64,000 nucleotides of DNA, taken from positions 18,729-82,728 of IMG/VR virus record IMGVR_UViG_2700989574_000004; one strand, written 5' to 3'. This DNA is from a virus (lineage: Duplodnaviria; Caudoviricetes). The notes below the pieces were generated by a model, which searched no databases, was not told where the DNA came from, and was given only the letters and a program-made list of their open reading frames with translations. Below, in pieces: positions 29,099-37,999 of this stretch. How positions within the stretch are numbered: the first letter of the stretch is position 1; each line of letters opens with the position of its first letter. The position numbers and the translations under genes were made by a program.

Positions 29099-29737
29099 TC
29101 ACACCGTCGCCATATTCAGAGCAATTGGGGTGTACTGGTCAGTGTCACCAATACGTTCGTAAATACGAATATAAGAGCTTGTAGCAATAACCTGTAAGGA
29201 TTCGCCAATAGCTTCCATCGCTCTGTGCCAGCGCTGATCGTCAATCTCATATCGACGGAGAGCCAGAACAGCACCTGTGGACACCGCACCTGATTTATCC
29301 GTGGAGAATGCGCGATTGATGAGGATTTGTAGCTCTGGCCGTGCACCCTCCGTCCAGTCAGCAAGGCACTGATCAATGAGTTCTTTAGCCGCCTGCAGGC
29401 GCTCATCAAAAGCGATGCGGTCTGCCATAGCCCGTTGAATAAGATAACGGCCATCAAAGCTGTAGAGCGTGACATTGCCTTTTTTGCCGCCCAGCTTAAC
29501 GCCGTATTCGTTAGCCGACAGGTCAACGAACGCTGAGATATCACCAAAGGAATTCTCTTTAAATTCCTTCATCAGCTTATTCAGCTCAATCGCTTTCGTT
29601 ACGATCTCGCCAACCAGAGTATCCCGTGCAAGGTCAATAGGTTTCAGCAGCTTAACGGGAATAAACGCATCTTTGGCATCAATCCAGTACCCTTCAGGGG
29701 CGGTTTTCTCAGTAAATTGTTTTTGCTGGTTATTCAT
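29099..29737 (-). CDS. DUF3164-family protein of Mu-like phages
   Basis: GYW.DAK...P...KPIDLARD, KGNVTL.SFDG, FDERLQAAK.LID.C. Confidence 0.85.
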   Translation of the reverse strand: MNNQQKQFTEKTAPEGYWIDAKDAFIPVKLLKPIDLARDTLVGEIVTKAIELNKLMKEFKENSFGDISAFVDLSANEYGVKLGGKKGNVTLYSFDGRYLIQRAMADRIAFDERLQAAKELIDQCLADWTEGARPELQILINRAFSTDKSGAVSTGAVLALRRYEIDDQRWHRAMEAIGESLQVIATSSYIRIYERIGDTDQYTPIALNMATV

Positions 29738-29921
29738 GGTTTGCCTCATTTAAATGTTGGAAAAACTTAGCGATTTCAGCGCTGGCCGTTGCCAGCATTA
29801 ACGGTGCAATAATGTTTGAAACATCTTTAACTAAACGGGAATCCTGTTTCTCAGCAGATATAATCGCGGATATATTCAGGTTCTCGTCGCTTTCATTAAT
29901 CGTAATAACAATTTCAGCCAC
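29730..29921 (-). CDS. Hypothetical early protein
   Basis: GTG start with GGAGG RBS, 63 aa. Confidence 0.6.
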   Translation of the reverse strand: MAEIVITINESDENLNISAIISAEKQDSRLVKDVSNIIAPLMLATASAEIAKFFQHLNEANHE

Positions 29922-29922
29922 G

Positions 29923-30156
29923 TTACCTCCAGATAACATGCATCCCACGCCAGATAAGCATTTTGACCTGAGAGCTTTTGCCATCCTTGCGCTCAGTTAT
30001 TTCGACCTCCTTCCCGCGCCATGCCTCAAAGGGGCGGTCAACCTCCACGATAGGGCGACGGAAGCGGATGTTAATGTCCAGAACCTGCAGGCCACCACGC
30101 ATCAGGCGGTTAATCGGGGCCATCATTTTTGGATCGTTAATCGGTAAACGGCACAT
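29923..30156 (-). CDS. Hypothetical early protein
   Basis: 77 aa, AGGAG RBS, WRG.HV.W end. Confidence 0.65.
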   Translation of the reverse strand: MCRLPINDPKMMAPINRLMRGGLQVLDINIRFRRPIVEVDRPFEAWRGKEVEITERKDGKSSQVKMLIWRGMHVIWR

Positions 30157-30194
30157 AGTGACTCCTGATAATTTAGTAAAAAGAACCTACGCCA

Positions 30195-30223
30195 TTGAAC
30201 GTAAATCAATCAGTTGTTAGCAT
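30195..30223 (+). promoter_or_regulatory. Sigma70 promoter candidate for the antisense moron
   Basis: TTGAAC-N17-TAGCAT with extended -10 TG. Confidence 0.6.
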
Positions 30224-30253
30224 TGCTTTCCACCCTCACACAGCAGGTGAATC

Positions 30254-30520
30254 ATGAAAAACGAATCGACTTATACAGACGAAGACATCATGAAATTAGA
30301 AGATGATGTTCTTGGCCTTAAAATAACCGTTCATGTATTAATCCAATTACTGGCAAAGAGTAATAATGAAAATTTAGACTTTCTCATTAAGAACTTAGGT
30401 TTTCAGGCTAATCATTTTGAAAATGACCATCCGGATTTTCCGGGTACAATTGAAACCCTTGACTCCTATTTCAGAGAAGCAGTAAAAATTTACAAAGATT
30501 CCTCTAAAATTAGTGAATAA
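30254..30520 (+). CDS. AT-rich antisense moron downstream of B
   Basis: 88-aa acidic helical protein, AGGTG RBS, overlaps the B 3' end by 11 bp. Confidence 0.75.
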   Translation: MKNESTYTDEDIMKLEDDVLGLKITVHVLIQLLAKSNNENLDFLIKNLGFQANHFENDHPDFPGTIETLDSYFREAVKIYKDSSKISE

Positions 30521-31403
30521 GCATTTCTGCAAATTTCCGAACAGCCCCGGCCGTCACCGGCACCTGATTCAGTGAGCTGTAGCGACTTACACCGCGAACC
30601 AGCTTAAACAGGCGGCGGGCGTTGCCCTTACTGGCACCAAACAAGGCATCGTTTACCGCCTCATCGCTGACGGTATCTAACATATTGGCCGCTATGATCT
30701 CGATATCCTCACGGGGCAGCGCGTCACCAATATTCAGGGCAAAGCCAACGCGGCTATAAAGTTGCTTATATTCCCCGCGCTTACCCTTCAGGTTGATAAT
30801 CAGGCGCGGCATACCCGCCAGCACGATGCCGATCCCCGCCTTATCGTGGATACGGCGCAGCGTCTCCAGCGCCCGGTACGGCAGGTTTTCCGCCTCATCG
30901 ATCATCAGCAAACGCCCAGAGTCACGCAGGGCATCAATGCAGGCTTCGCTGAGCTGATGCATGTTACCGCTGCGGGACAATCCCAGCAGGGTACAAAGCT
31001 CTTCCAGTACGGTTCTGGCGGTGTAGCCGGGGTCGGCTTCAATCAGCAGTGCATCACGATGTTCACGGGCATACTGGCGTAACACCATTGTTTTACCTAG
31101 CCCGGCATCGCCATAAATCACATTAATATCGCAGTCCATCTGAGCCAGGTTAATAACCTCCAGCGCCCGGCTTGCCGTGACTGTATTAACGAATGAAATA
31201 TTGATGCGGGCCGCTTTCTCTTTTTCGCGCTCACGGGTAATAAAGCCTGATACCAGTTCATCAATATTTTTTACATCGCCCGGATATTTACCCTGGATAT
31301 ACTGGCTAATAAGGGTTGAGCTTTTACCGATAGCACGGGCCACCTGAGTCTGGCTGTATCCCTTACGGGCCATCAGTTCTGTCAGTTCAGTTTTAATTGT
31401 CAT
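30510..31403 (-). CDS. MuB-like AAA+ transposition ATPase
   Basis: N-terminal HTH, GDAGLGKT Walker A, IDEAE Walker B, QLYSRVG. Confidence 0.95.
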   Translation of the reverse strand: MTIKTELTELMARKGYSQTQVARAIGKSSTLISQYIQGKYPGDVKNIDELVSGFITREREKEKAARINISFVNTVTASRALEVINLAQMDCDINVIYGDAGLGKTMVLRQYAREHRDALLIEADPGYTARTVLEELCTLLGLSRSGNMHQLSEACIDALRDSGRLLMIDEAENLPYRALETLRRIHDKAGIGIVLAGMPRLIINLKGKRGEYKQLYSRVGFALNIGDALPREDIEIIAANMLDTVSDEAVNDALFGASKGNARRLFKLVRGVSRYSSLNQVPVTAGAVRKFAEMLIH

Positions 31404-31413
31404 AACCTTTCCT

Positions 31414-33465
31414 CTACTTATGGTTTCCGGCTTTTTTCAGATGTTCTTCGCGATCTGTTGCAAGGAAGAAATATTCTGGTTCAGGCTCATCAACGATTTT
31501 CGGTATAAAACTGCCAAAGTCGGGTAATTCGTTGACCACACTACCAGGCAGCAGGCCACGCGCTTCGGCTTCCACTTCCTCACGTTTTTTGTCAAGCAAT
31601 CCAAGTCGACGTTTGGTACGTTGTTTCATCGCGTCCTGCATTTTGCTGACCGGGATCGCATCACGTTTATTGCCGTTCCAGACCGCATGACATACATACG
31701 TTCCATCCATGCGGCGGATAATGACTTCGCTGGCGTCGTGAATATCATAGGCAACGCGCACTTCTTCTTTATCGACATTAATAAGGTCTTGCGAGAAGTA
31801 GTCGTTATTCATGAGGCTAATCCAGCCCTGCTGAGCGACACGTACTGTTTCGGCCATGAGCACCTCACGCAGTTCAACATCAGTCAGATACTCAATTTCA
31901 TCACCTTCCTGCTCCAGTACCATTTTTCGGTATGCTGCTGGCGTCATGTGACGGCCATTACGTTTGGGCAGTTCGCTGTGCTCATGCTCGTTGTTATAGG
32001 CGTCCACCTCTTCAGCAATCACGTCCAGCAACCGTTGCCATGTAGGAAGCTTGCTCAGATCTTTTTTCTGCCTGGCTGTCAGTTCACGGCCTGCAGCTTC
32101 TGCACGTATAGCGGACTGAATGGCTCGATTCGTCATACGCACGTTTTCGCGATCAGCACCACGACCATTAAACGTTTCAAAACGTTGTCCCAGCCGGTGA
32201 GGGATGACGGCGTTGAGTCGCTCAATAAGGCCACGAGACTGCGGACGGCCAGGAATACTGGTCATATGGGTAATTCCCATGCGAGGGAATATACCGGTCA
32301 GTTTGTCATCAAACGTTTTGTTAGCCTCACCGCCACCATTATCGGAGTAGACGAATAACGGTTTGCCGTGGTGCTGCATGCCGTAACGGTAAGCATCCAG
32401 TACCGCATCCATACTTTCCGACAGTCGTAGACTCCAGCCCACGCAATAGCGGGTACGTCCATCCAGAACAAGGGTTAACTCCGGCGTAAATGGCTGGCCA
32501 TGAACGGGGTGCCGCGCGACGAGATCCAGTGATTTACCATCCGAAACCCAGCAACCATTGACAGGCATCGTCGACCAGTCTCGCTTCTGATAAGTCTCAT
32601 AGGCCAGTTTTGCCGACCCGCTGACGCGGCCAAGTGCCTTCTCACGACGTGGCAGTTTGACCATTGCCCGACGAACGGCGTCATATGACGGGCAGGCGTC
32701 GAGCTTTTCAAGCTGACCGGCATAAACTACCTGCCATTGTTTACAGAACCCGCGATAGGCTTCGCGCATCGACGGGCCATTAAGGCTACGCCAGTGCGCC
32801 AGGAAGTCTGGTAGCCAGGAGATCTGCTCCGGCTTCTTCGCTTTTAGATGACCGGGTGCCAGCATGGCCAGACGTTCACCACCGGATTTAGTGGACTCAT
32901 AGACACTGAGCCATTCCTGCAGGCTGCGGGTGCCAACACCAGTGCGGCTTCCTTTGCGTGCGTTGGCCAGCTCGACAGCCTTCATCAGGTGCTCAGGCAA
33001 CGTACCGTTGCGTGATGCATTGGAGACATAGTTAACCGCAGCCGTGCGGGACATACCGGCATCACGGAGTTTTTCAACCTCCATTGCCAGCGCTGCACGG
33101 GCATCAGCGATGAGCTTTTGTTTCTCGGTCAGCGCACTGACTTCACGATCCAGCAGGGCCGGGCACTGGCGCATCAGGTTCAGTTCAGTGCGTGGCTTGC
33201 TCACGCCGCATTTGCTGGCGCGAGCGGGCGTGGTATTGGTTTTTGTGGCCAGAACCTGCTGATAGATTTTTTCCCTGAGAACGGTTTGGGCTTCATCAGG
33301 TAAACTATCAACATGATAGGCGCATCCCCCACCAACACCTTGTCTCTTTTGAGCCTGCCAACCTTCTTTTTTCGCACGCTCACGAATGTTTCTTGAGGTG
33401 CTGGGAAGGCCTGGCAACCGCATTTGCGCAAGTTCTTCGGCGCTAAAGTGAGTTTTTATACTCAT
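31414..33465 (-). CDS. MuA-like DDE transposase
   Basis: Mu-type N-terminal HTH (LPGLPST...A.KEGW), WVSDGK, YSDNGGG, GLIERLN. Confidence 0.96.
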   Translation of the reverse strand: MSIKTHFSAEELAQMRLPGLPSTSRNIRERAKKEGWQAQKRQGVGGGCAYHVDSLPDEAQTVLREKIYQQVLATKTNTTPARASKCGVSKPRTELNLMRQCPALLDREVSALTEKQKLIADARAALAMEVEKLRDAGMSRTAAVNYVSNASRNGTLPEHLMKAVELANARKGSRTGVGTRSLQEWLSVYESTKSGGERLAMLAPGHLKAKKPEQISWLPDFLAHWRSLNGPSMREAYRGFCKQWQVVYAGQLEKLDACPSYDAVRRAMVKLPRREKALGRVSGSAKLAYETYQKRDWSTMPVNGCWVSDGKSLDLVARHPVHGQPFTPELTLVLDGRTRYCVGWSLRLSESMDAVLDAYRYGMQHHGKPLFVYSDNGGGEANKTFDDKLTGIFPRMGITHMTSIPGRPQSRGLIERLNAVIPHRLGQRFETFNGRGADRENVRMTNRAIQSAIRAEAAGRELTARQKKDLSKLPTWQRLLDVIAEEVDAYNNEHEHSELPKRNGRHMTPAAYRKMVLEQEGDEIEYLTDVELREVLMAETVRVAQQGWISLMNNDYFSQDLINVDKEEVRVAYDIHDASEVIIRRMDGTYVCHAVWNGNKRDAIPVSKMQDAMKQRTKRRLGLLDKKREEVEAEARGLLPGSVVNELPDFGSFIPKIVDEPEPEYFFLATDREEHLKKAGNHK

Positions 33466-33488
33466 AAGAAAAATCCTCTAACCCGAAA

Positions 33489-33752
33489 TCACTTATGTAC
33501 ATGAACAAAAGAGCGGTTAAAATCACTGCTATAACGACTTGGCCAAATCTCTTCAGGAGAAATGCCTATAGCTGCGGCTATGATTCTCTCCCCTTTGGGC
33601 CATTTTCTATCCAGTGCATTGTTTAAGGCCGTAGGTGTTTTGTAACCGTGATGGATAGATAAACCGCGAAGAGACCAACCTCGTTTGTGCAATGCTGCAA
33701 CAATGTCAGCACGATGCCAGTCATAGGTTGTTTGCTGATTTTTTTTGTCCAT
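33489..33752 (-). CDS. ner: Ner-like repressor
   Basis: DWHRADIVAALHKRGWSLR.LS...L.NAL.R.WPKGERIIA.AIG..PEEIWPSRY. Confidence 0.93.
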   Translation of the reverse strand: MDKKNQQTTYDWHRADIVAALHKRGWSLRGLSIHHGYKTPTALNNALDRKWPKGERIIAAAIGISPEEIWPSRYSSDFNRSFVHVHK

Positions 33753-33810
33753 TGTTTTTGCTCATTTAGTGAAGTCATGAACAAAGGTTATGCGCAAACA
33801 AGCAAGAAAT

Positions 33811-33969
33811 CAACTCGGATAAGTTGATTATTTTCATTATCCGAGATGCAGATCCAACTTATTTAAGTTTGATTTCTATTATTCACATTAAAAACAGTTA
33901 GTTATATATAACTCAGATGAGGTTTTTTTATGGCGTCAAATCATCCAGGTAAGGAAAATCAACTCGGAT
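33811..33969. promoter_or_regulatory. Operator region between divergent ner and repressor
   Basis: Repeated core CTCRGAT at 33811-20, 33837-47 (inverted), 33910-18 and 33960-69. Confidence 0.55.
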
Positions 33970-34664
33970 GCGAAGGTTTTCATTCTCGTTTGCGCACACT
34001 CTTAGATAAATTCAGGAGTGTTAACGCGTTTGCGACTGCCGCAGGGATATCCCCTTCAGGGCTTAACAGGTTGCTTGACGGCGGCTATCCAACGCTCCCG
34101 ATACTTGTTGCATTGGCAAAAGCTGGCGACGTTTCGGTTGAATGGCTGTCTACAGGCGGTGAACAGGTGAGTGCTTCTCTTCCTACAAAGATGGATAGCA
34201 CTTCCATGACAGTGACCGACGTTAAAGGGAATGAGGTAGACCTTGATGAATTCGTTTTTGTTCCTCGCTACAACATAGCTGCAGCGGCAGGTTTTGGGGC
34301 TTGGAATGATGATGAAACGCCGATGTTTACTGTTTCATTTAGGAGATATTGGGTTACCAATCACCTGAAGGCCGATCCTTCAAAGCTATCTGTGATTAGT
34401 GTCTATGGTGATTCAATGGAAGGCGTCTTAAATGACAAAGACATCATATTGATAAATCATGATGATAGGGAACCTAGAGAGGGTATCTATGTCTTGCGGA
34501 TTGATGGCCAACTCATTGTTAAACGTGTCCAGAGACTTCCTGGCTCCATTCTGCGTGTCACAAGTACCAACCCCGCCTATGAACCTTTCTCGGTTGATAT
34601 GAATAACGTATTGGGGGATTTTGCAGTTGTCGGCAAAGTGGTTTGGTATGGAAGGGTTGTTTAA
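33930..34664 (+). CDS. Repressor: XRE HTH + S24 autopeptidase
   Basis: HTH, AAAG cleavage-site region, GDSME and VKR catalytic motifs. Confidence 0.92.
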   Translation: MASNHPGKENQLGCEGFHSRLRTLLDKFRSVNAFATAAGISPSGLNRLLDGGYPTLPILVALAKAGDVSVEWLSTGGEQVSASLPTKMDSTSMTVTDVKGNEVDLDEFVFVPRYNIAAAAGFGAWNDDETPMFTVSFRRYWVTNHLKADPSKLSVISVYGDSMEGVLNDKDIILINHDDREPREGIYVLRIDGQLIVKRVQRLPGSILRVTSTNPAYEPFSVDMNNVLGDFAVVGKVVWYGRVV

Positions 34665-34710
34665 AGGTATTTAAATACACTATTAAGAACTAACATTAAC
34701 AATCCACAAT

Positions 34711-34861
34711 AGTGCAAAAATCCCCGCATAATTTTTAAAAAGTTTCGATTTTCCGGCCAGCCGTGCAAAAGCGGCTCGCTCGTCTCAATCCCTTGTCAAT
34801 CAAGGCGTCCCGCGTTTCGTCGCGCTCGATCCATGCATGCAGAAACGATCACCTCCCCACA
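34711..34861. repeat. Repressor-proximal transposon end (attL-like) with three TGCA-A-tract sites
   Basis: AGTGCAAAAA 34711, CGTGCAAAAG 34762, CATGCAGAAA 34836, terminal ACA. Confidence 0.6.
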
Positions 34862-35221
34862 GGTGTCTGGACGGTTTGCTATGGTCACACAGGTAAAGAC
34901 ATCATGCTCGGCAAAACCTATACCGAGGCAGAGTGTCGGGCGCTACTAAATAAAGACCTGAATACCGTCGCCAGGCAGATCAACCCTTACATCAAAAAAC
35001 CGATCCCAGAAACTATGCGTGGGGCTTTGTACTCGTTCGCCTATAACGTCGGAACTGGTAACTTCCAGACCTCCACACTGCTTCGCAAAATCAACCAGGG
35101 TGACCCTAAAGGAGCGTGCGATCAACTGCTCCGCTGGACCTATGCCAAAGGTAAGCAGTGGAAAGGACTTATTACCCGGAGGGAAGTTGAGCGTGAAGTT
35201 TGTTTATGGGAGCAAAGATGA
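34862..35221 (+). pseudogene. SAR endolysin, 3' fragment
   Basis: [14 protein letters not shown]...[15 protein letters not shown] continues the 115..256 fragment in frame once the insert and one repeat copy are removed. Confidence 0.92.
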
Positions 35222-35568
35222 GTCGCTTAACCGCCGTTATCATCGCTATAACAATCCTGCTGGCCTCTAACGTGATTTCGTGGCGCTCAGGCTGGAGTTC
35301 TCACGCTGATCACATCAATGCTCAAGCTTCAAAGAAGAGAGAGAAGGCCGAGAGTACCATTAAGCCTGTAGAGGAAAAGGCCGCTACTGCTAACGAAGCG
35401 GGTAAGGTCATCTACAAAACAATAACCCGTGACGTGGTGAAATATGTTCAGTCTCCGAATCGTATTGTATGCAGGTTTGATGATGATGCTGTGCAGCTGC
35501 GTCAGCGCGCCATCGATGCTGCCAACTCCATCCCCGGATTTGATGAGCCCGCCGTGCAAAGCAAGTGA
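35218..35568 (+). CDS. Rz: i-spanin
   Basis: N-terminal TM, follows endolysin with ATGA overlap. Confidence 0.8.
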   Translation: MSRLTAVIIAITILLASNVISWRSGWSSHADHINAQASKKREKAESTIKPVEEKAATANEAGKVIYKTITRDVVKYVQSPNRIVCRFDDDAVQLRQRAIDAANSIPGFDEPAVQSK

Positions 35569-35686
35569 CGCCGGGAAGGATAGCGATGAAGATTTACAGT
35601 CTGACATAGAAACCGCTCAGTGCCTACGCCAGCTCCGTTTGGATAAGTATCGCTGGCAGGTGTACTATCGGGCGGTGAGTAAGTAA
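35444..35686 (+). CDS. Rz1: o-spanin lipoprotein (overlapping)
   Basis: MMMLCSC lipobox-like, Pro-rich [16 protein letters not shown]; start uncertain. Confidence 0.7.
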   Translation: MFSLRIVLYAGLMMMLCSCVSAPSMLPTPSPDLMSPPCKASDAGKDSDEDLQSDIETAQCLRQLRLDKYRWQVYYRAVSK

Positions 35687-35836
35687 CAGGTATATCACAT
35701 GAAATAAGTGGCCTTAAGTGAACAAAAGAATCTGAAAACAAGACATTCAAGCTTTCAGCATCAAAATGTTTGTATCTAATTCAGGTGGGGTCATGCACTA
35801 TAGGATCTCAAACCACTCTTAACTAAGTAGCCACTC

Positions 35837-36034
35837 ATGACAGTAAACTTACTACCACAACTTCCATGCGGTTATCGTTACGGCATTGAGCGCTCGATCC
35901 GGCCCCACACTGATGCGGAATTTTTTCCGCCACAAGGGTGTGTTATCAAATCTGTCAACTTTGGGGATGGTGTGGTTATTTGTGTGCCCATCCAATGGTA
36001 CGTTAAACAATTAGATTTATGGGTCACTGTCTAA
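35837..36034 (+). CDS. Hypothetical 65-aa moron
   Basis: Isolated ORF in AT-rich region after the lysis cassette; weak RBS. Confidence 0.45.
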   Translation: MTVNLLPQLPCGYRYGIERSIRPHTDAEFFPPQGCVIKSVNFGDGVVICVPIQWYVKQLDLWVTV

Positions 36035-36211
36035 GGAACCATCGAATAATATGTTAGTTACTGGTGGCTAACGGATCATTGCGCTAAAAAAATAAGCACA
36101 GACGTCTGTTGTTCTTTTTGAATGTTCTTGAGAATAGCGAATTACTAGTCTAATCAGCTATTCATCCATTTAAATGATATCGATGGCTGAAATGAAGCTA
36201 TCCTCACGTTA

Positions 36212-36343
36212 CCACTGCCAGCCAACACCGAAACGGCAGAGGTCATTTAGCAAGCAGAAAATCTCTCCCGGGTGGCTCCTGAGAGATTTTAGATTTCTAA
36301 CTGGTACTAACCAAAGGTCGCATATCTATGCGGCCTTTTTTTT
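36212..36343 (+). ncRNA. Candidate structured small RNA ending in an intrinsic terminator
   Basis: CTGCC/GGCAG stem, AAAATCTCTC/GAGAGATTTT stem with CCGGGTGGCTCCT loop, then AAAGGTCGCATA-TC-TATGCGGCC-T8. Confidence 0.35.
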
Positions 36344-36449
36344 AGCTGGTTTAATGGCTTGAGGAGATCCTGGACGAGAATATGTGACAAAAAAATCAGG
36401 GGAAACAGGAATGCCCTGTGAGCGGATTTACGAATCAGGGAGAACGTCC

Positions 36450-36493
36450 ATCCCCATAAAGGGATAAAATGCTGCTTATCCCTTTATGGGGAT
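36450..36493. repeat. Perfect 18-bp inverted repeat, 8-nt spacer
   Basis: ATCCCCATAAAGGGATAA / TTATCCCTTTATGGGGAT. Confidence 0.9.
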
Positions 36494-36505
36494 AAAGTCT
36501 GTATT

Positions 36506-36529
36506 GCCTCGCATCTGCGGGGCTTTTTT
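36506..36529 (+). terminator. Intrinsic terminator
   Basis: GCCTCGCA-TC-TGCGGGGC-TTTTTT. Confidence 0.65.
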
Positions 36530-36547
36530 ATTCGTAAAGATAAAACG

Positions 36548-36709
36548 ATGAAGAGCTTAAAAATTGTATCCATAGGCGGGAGGCTGGTGGCGATTGAGTA
36601 TGACGGTTTGTCATGTGCATCGCTGCCAGTTTCAGAGCTCCCCATCAATGGTTCAGCTTTAACTCTCCCTCAATTCATGCTCGAGGATGTGTATGCCACC
36701 ACGCGCTAA
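36548..36709 (+). CDS. 53-aa hypothetical, partial paralogue of 37052..37324
   Basis: MKSLKIVSIGGRLVAIEYDGLS...; below the ORF-track cutoff, overlaps the HNH start. Confidence 0.5.
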   Translation: MKSLKIVSIGGRLVAIEYDGLSCASLPVSELPINGSALTLPQFMLEDVYATTR

Positions 36710-37055
36710 ACGACCTTGCCGGCACAGAGGATGCGCGACTGTGACCAATGATGTCGGTGGATACTGTGAGATGCATCGGCAGCAACACGCTGGTGATGGC
36801 TGGCGTAACTACCAGCCCGGAAAAACTCGGCAGGAACGTGGTTATGGTCGACCGTGGGAAATTAAACGGGCCCGTATCATGAAGAGGGATAAATACCTTT
36901 GTCAGAACTGCAGGCGAGACGGTATTGCCACGAAAGCCTCAAGTGTCGACCACATCATTCCTAAAGCTCATGGCGGTACCGATGATGACTTTAATCTGGA
37001 GTCATTGTGCTGGACCTGCCACAGCAAGAAAACAGCAACAGAGAGAACCCGATGA
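36693..37055 (+). CDS. Packaging-associated HNH endonuclease (HK97 gp74-like)
   Basis: RGYG..W, RDKYLCQNC, VDHIIPKAHGGTD...NLESLCWTCH. Confidence 0.92.
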   Translation: MPPRAKRPCRHRGCATVTNDVGGYCEMHRQQHAGDGWRNYQPGKTRQERGYGRPWEIKRARIMKRDKYLCQNCRRDGIATKASSVDHIIPKAHGGTDDDFNLESLCWTCHSKKTATERTR

Positions 37056-37324
37056 AGAGTTTCAAAATTGAATACGTTGATGGCGTTTTGACCGTTCTGG
37101 AGACGGATGGTCAGTCACGAATGAATGAAGCCGTGCATGGCATCCATTTTGAGCACGTCCAGGGCGGCCGCCCACTGCTGAAACTGACGATTGCGCATGA
37201 TATTGCACCGGCACCGGCTGCTGAGTCGGCTCAGGAACCTTTAGTGGGTGAGCTGGTACAGGAGCAACAATCTCCGCTTCCAGGCGGTCGTCGTTTCCGC
37301 CATCGTAGGGGAGGTAAGCAATGA
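37052..37324 (+). CDS. Hypothetical protein
   Basis: 90 aa from MKSFKI, ATGA-coupled to HNH. Confidence 0.7.
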   Translation: MKSFKIEYVDGVLTVLETDGQSRMNEAVHGIHFEHVQGGRPLLKLTIAHDIAPAPAAESAQEPLVGELVQEQQSPLPGGRRFRHRRGGKQ

Positions 37325-37752
37325 TGTATCAACGCACGGATCTGACGCTCTCCATGTTCTATGCATCCAGTGCTGATGCAGACGGGAACAAAGTGGCTAC
37401 GTTGACGATGCAGGTAATTGCGGCAGAGGTTGGAGCCGTCCAGACCAGCCAGCTGCGATGTATCACCGATAGCGCGAAGAAAAAAACGTATAGCGTAGGT
37501 GAACAATCTGTCAGTAATGGTTCCGATCCGTTACTGGTCGCGATTGAGAATTACTGGCGTCAGAGTACGGATGTCGTCGTTAAAGGATTGATCGCCGAGG
37601 TGACCGACTTCATCGCAGGGAACATCAACTCAGTCAGCACCTGGATCGGTCAGTTTGGGATGAAGGTGTTCGAGAACCAGCCATTAGATGAACGGCTACC
37701 AGAAAGCGTACTGCAGGCCGATGGAGGCTCCGCTACCGCGACAGAATCCTGA
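37321..37752 (+). CDS. Hypothetical protein
   Basis: 143 aa, GGAGG RBS, coupled. Confidence 0.75.
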   Translation: MMYQRTDLTLSMFYASSADADGNKVATLTMQVIAAEVGAVQTSQLRCITDSAKKKTYSVGEQSVSNGSDPLLVAIENYWRQSTDVVVKGLIAEVTDFIAGNINSVSTWIGQFGMKVFENQPLDERLPESVLQADGGSATATES

Positions 37753-37859
37753 CCCCGGTATAACAACTGGTGTTCATTGAACGTCTGAGATATGCCGGCC
37801 CACGCAATGCGAACCGTGTTCGCCGCCGGCGCAGCCGGAATGACGACCTCCACCTCGAC

Positions 37860-37999
37860 TGAGGCAGCTGCAGTCAGGGGGAGGGGGGAGCAAATCCCTG
37901 ACCCCTTTCGCGCTTCGGGACTGCCCGTTGAAGTCTATTTTTACACGCCAGAAATAAGAAACTTTTTTCCGGAAGGTTTCATCTATCAAAGGAACGTTT
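37860..37999 (+). other. Probable cos region of the outer phage
   Basis: Non-coding, just upstream of terS, G-run GGGGGAGGGGGGAGCAAATCCCTG typical of HNH/P27-type cos regions; exact cosN not identified. Confidence 0.45.

Noticed and set aside
31621-32358. 245-aa + strand ORF
   Set aside because: Antisense to the transposase core
34763-35221. 152-aa ORF annotatable as an intact lysozyme
   Set aside because: The first 33 codons are transposon-end DNA read by chance in frame; it lacks the SAR domain, catalytic E/D and an evident RBS
36174-36362. 62-aa ORF
   Set aside because: Runs through strong hairpins and a terminator; better explained as structured non-coding RNA
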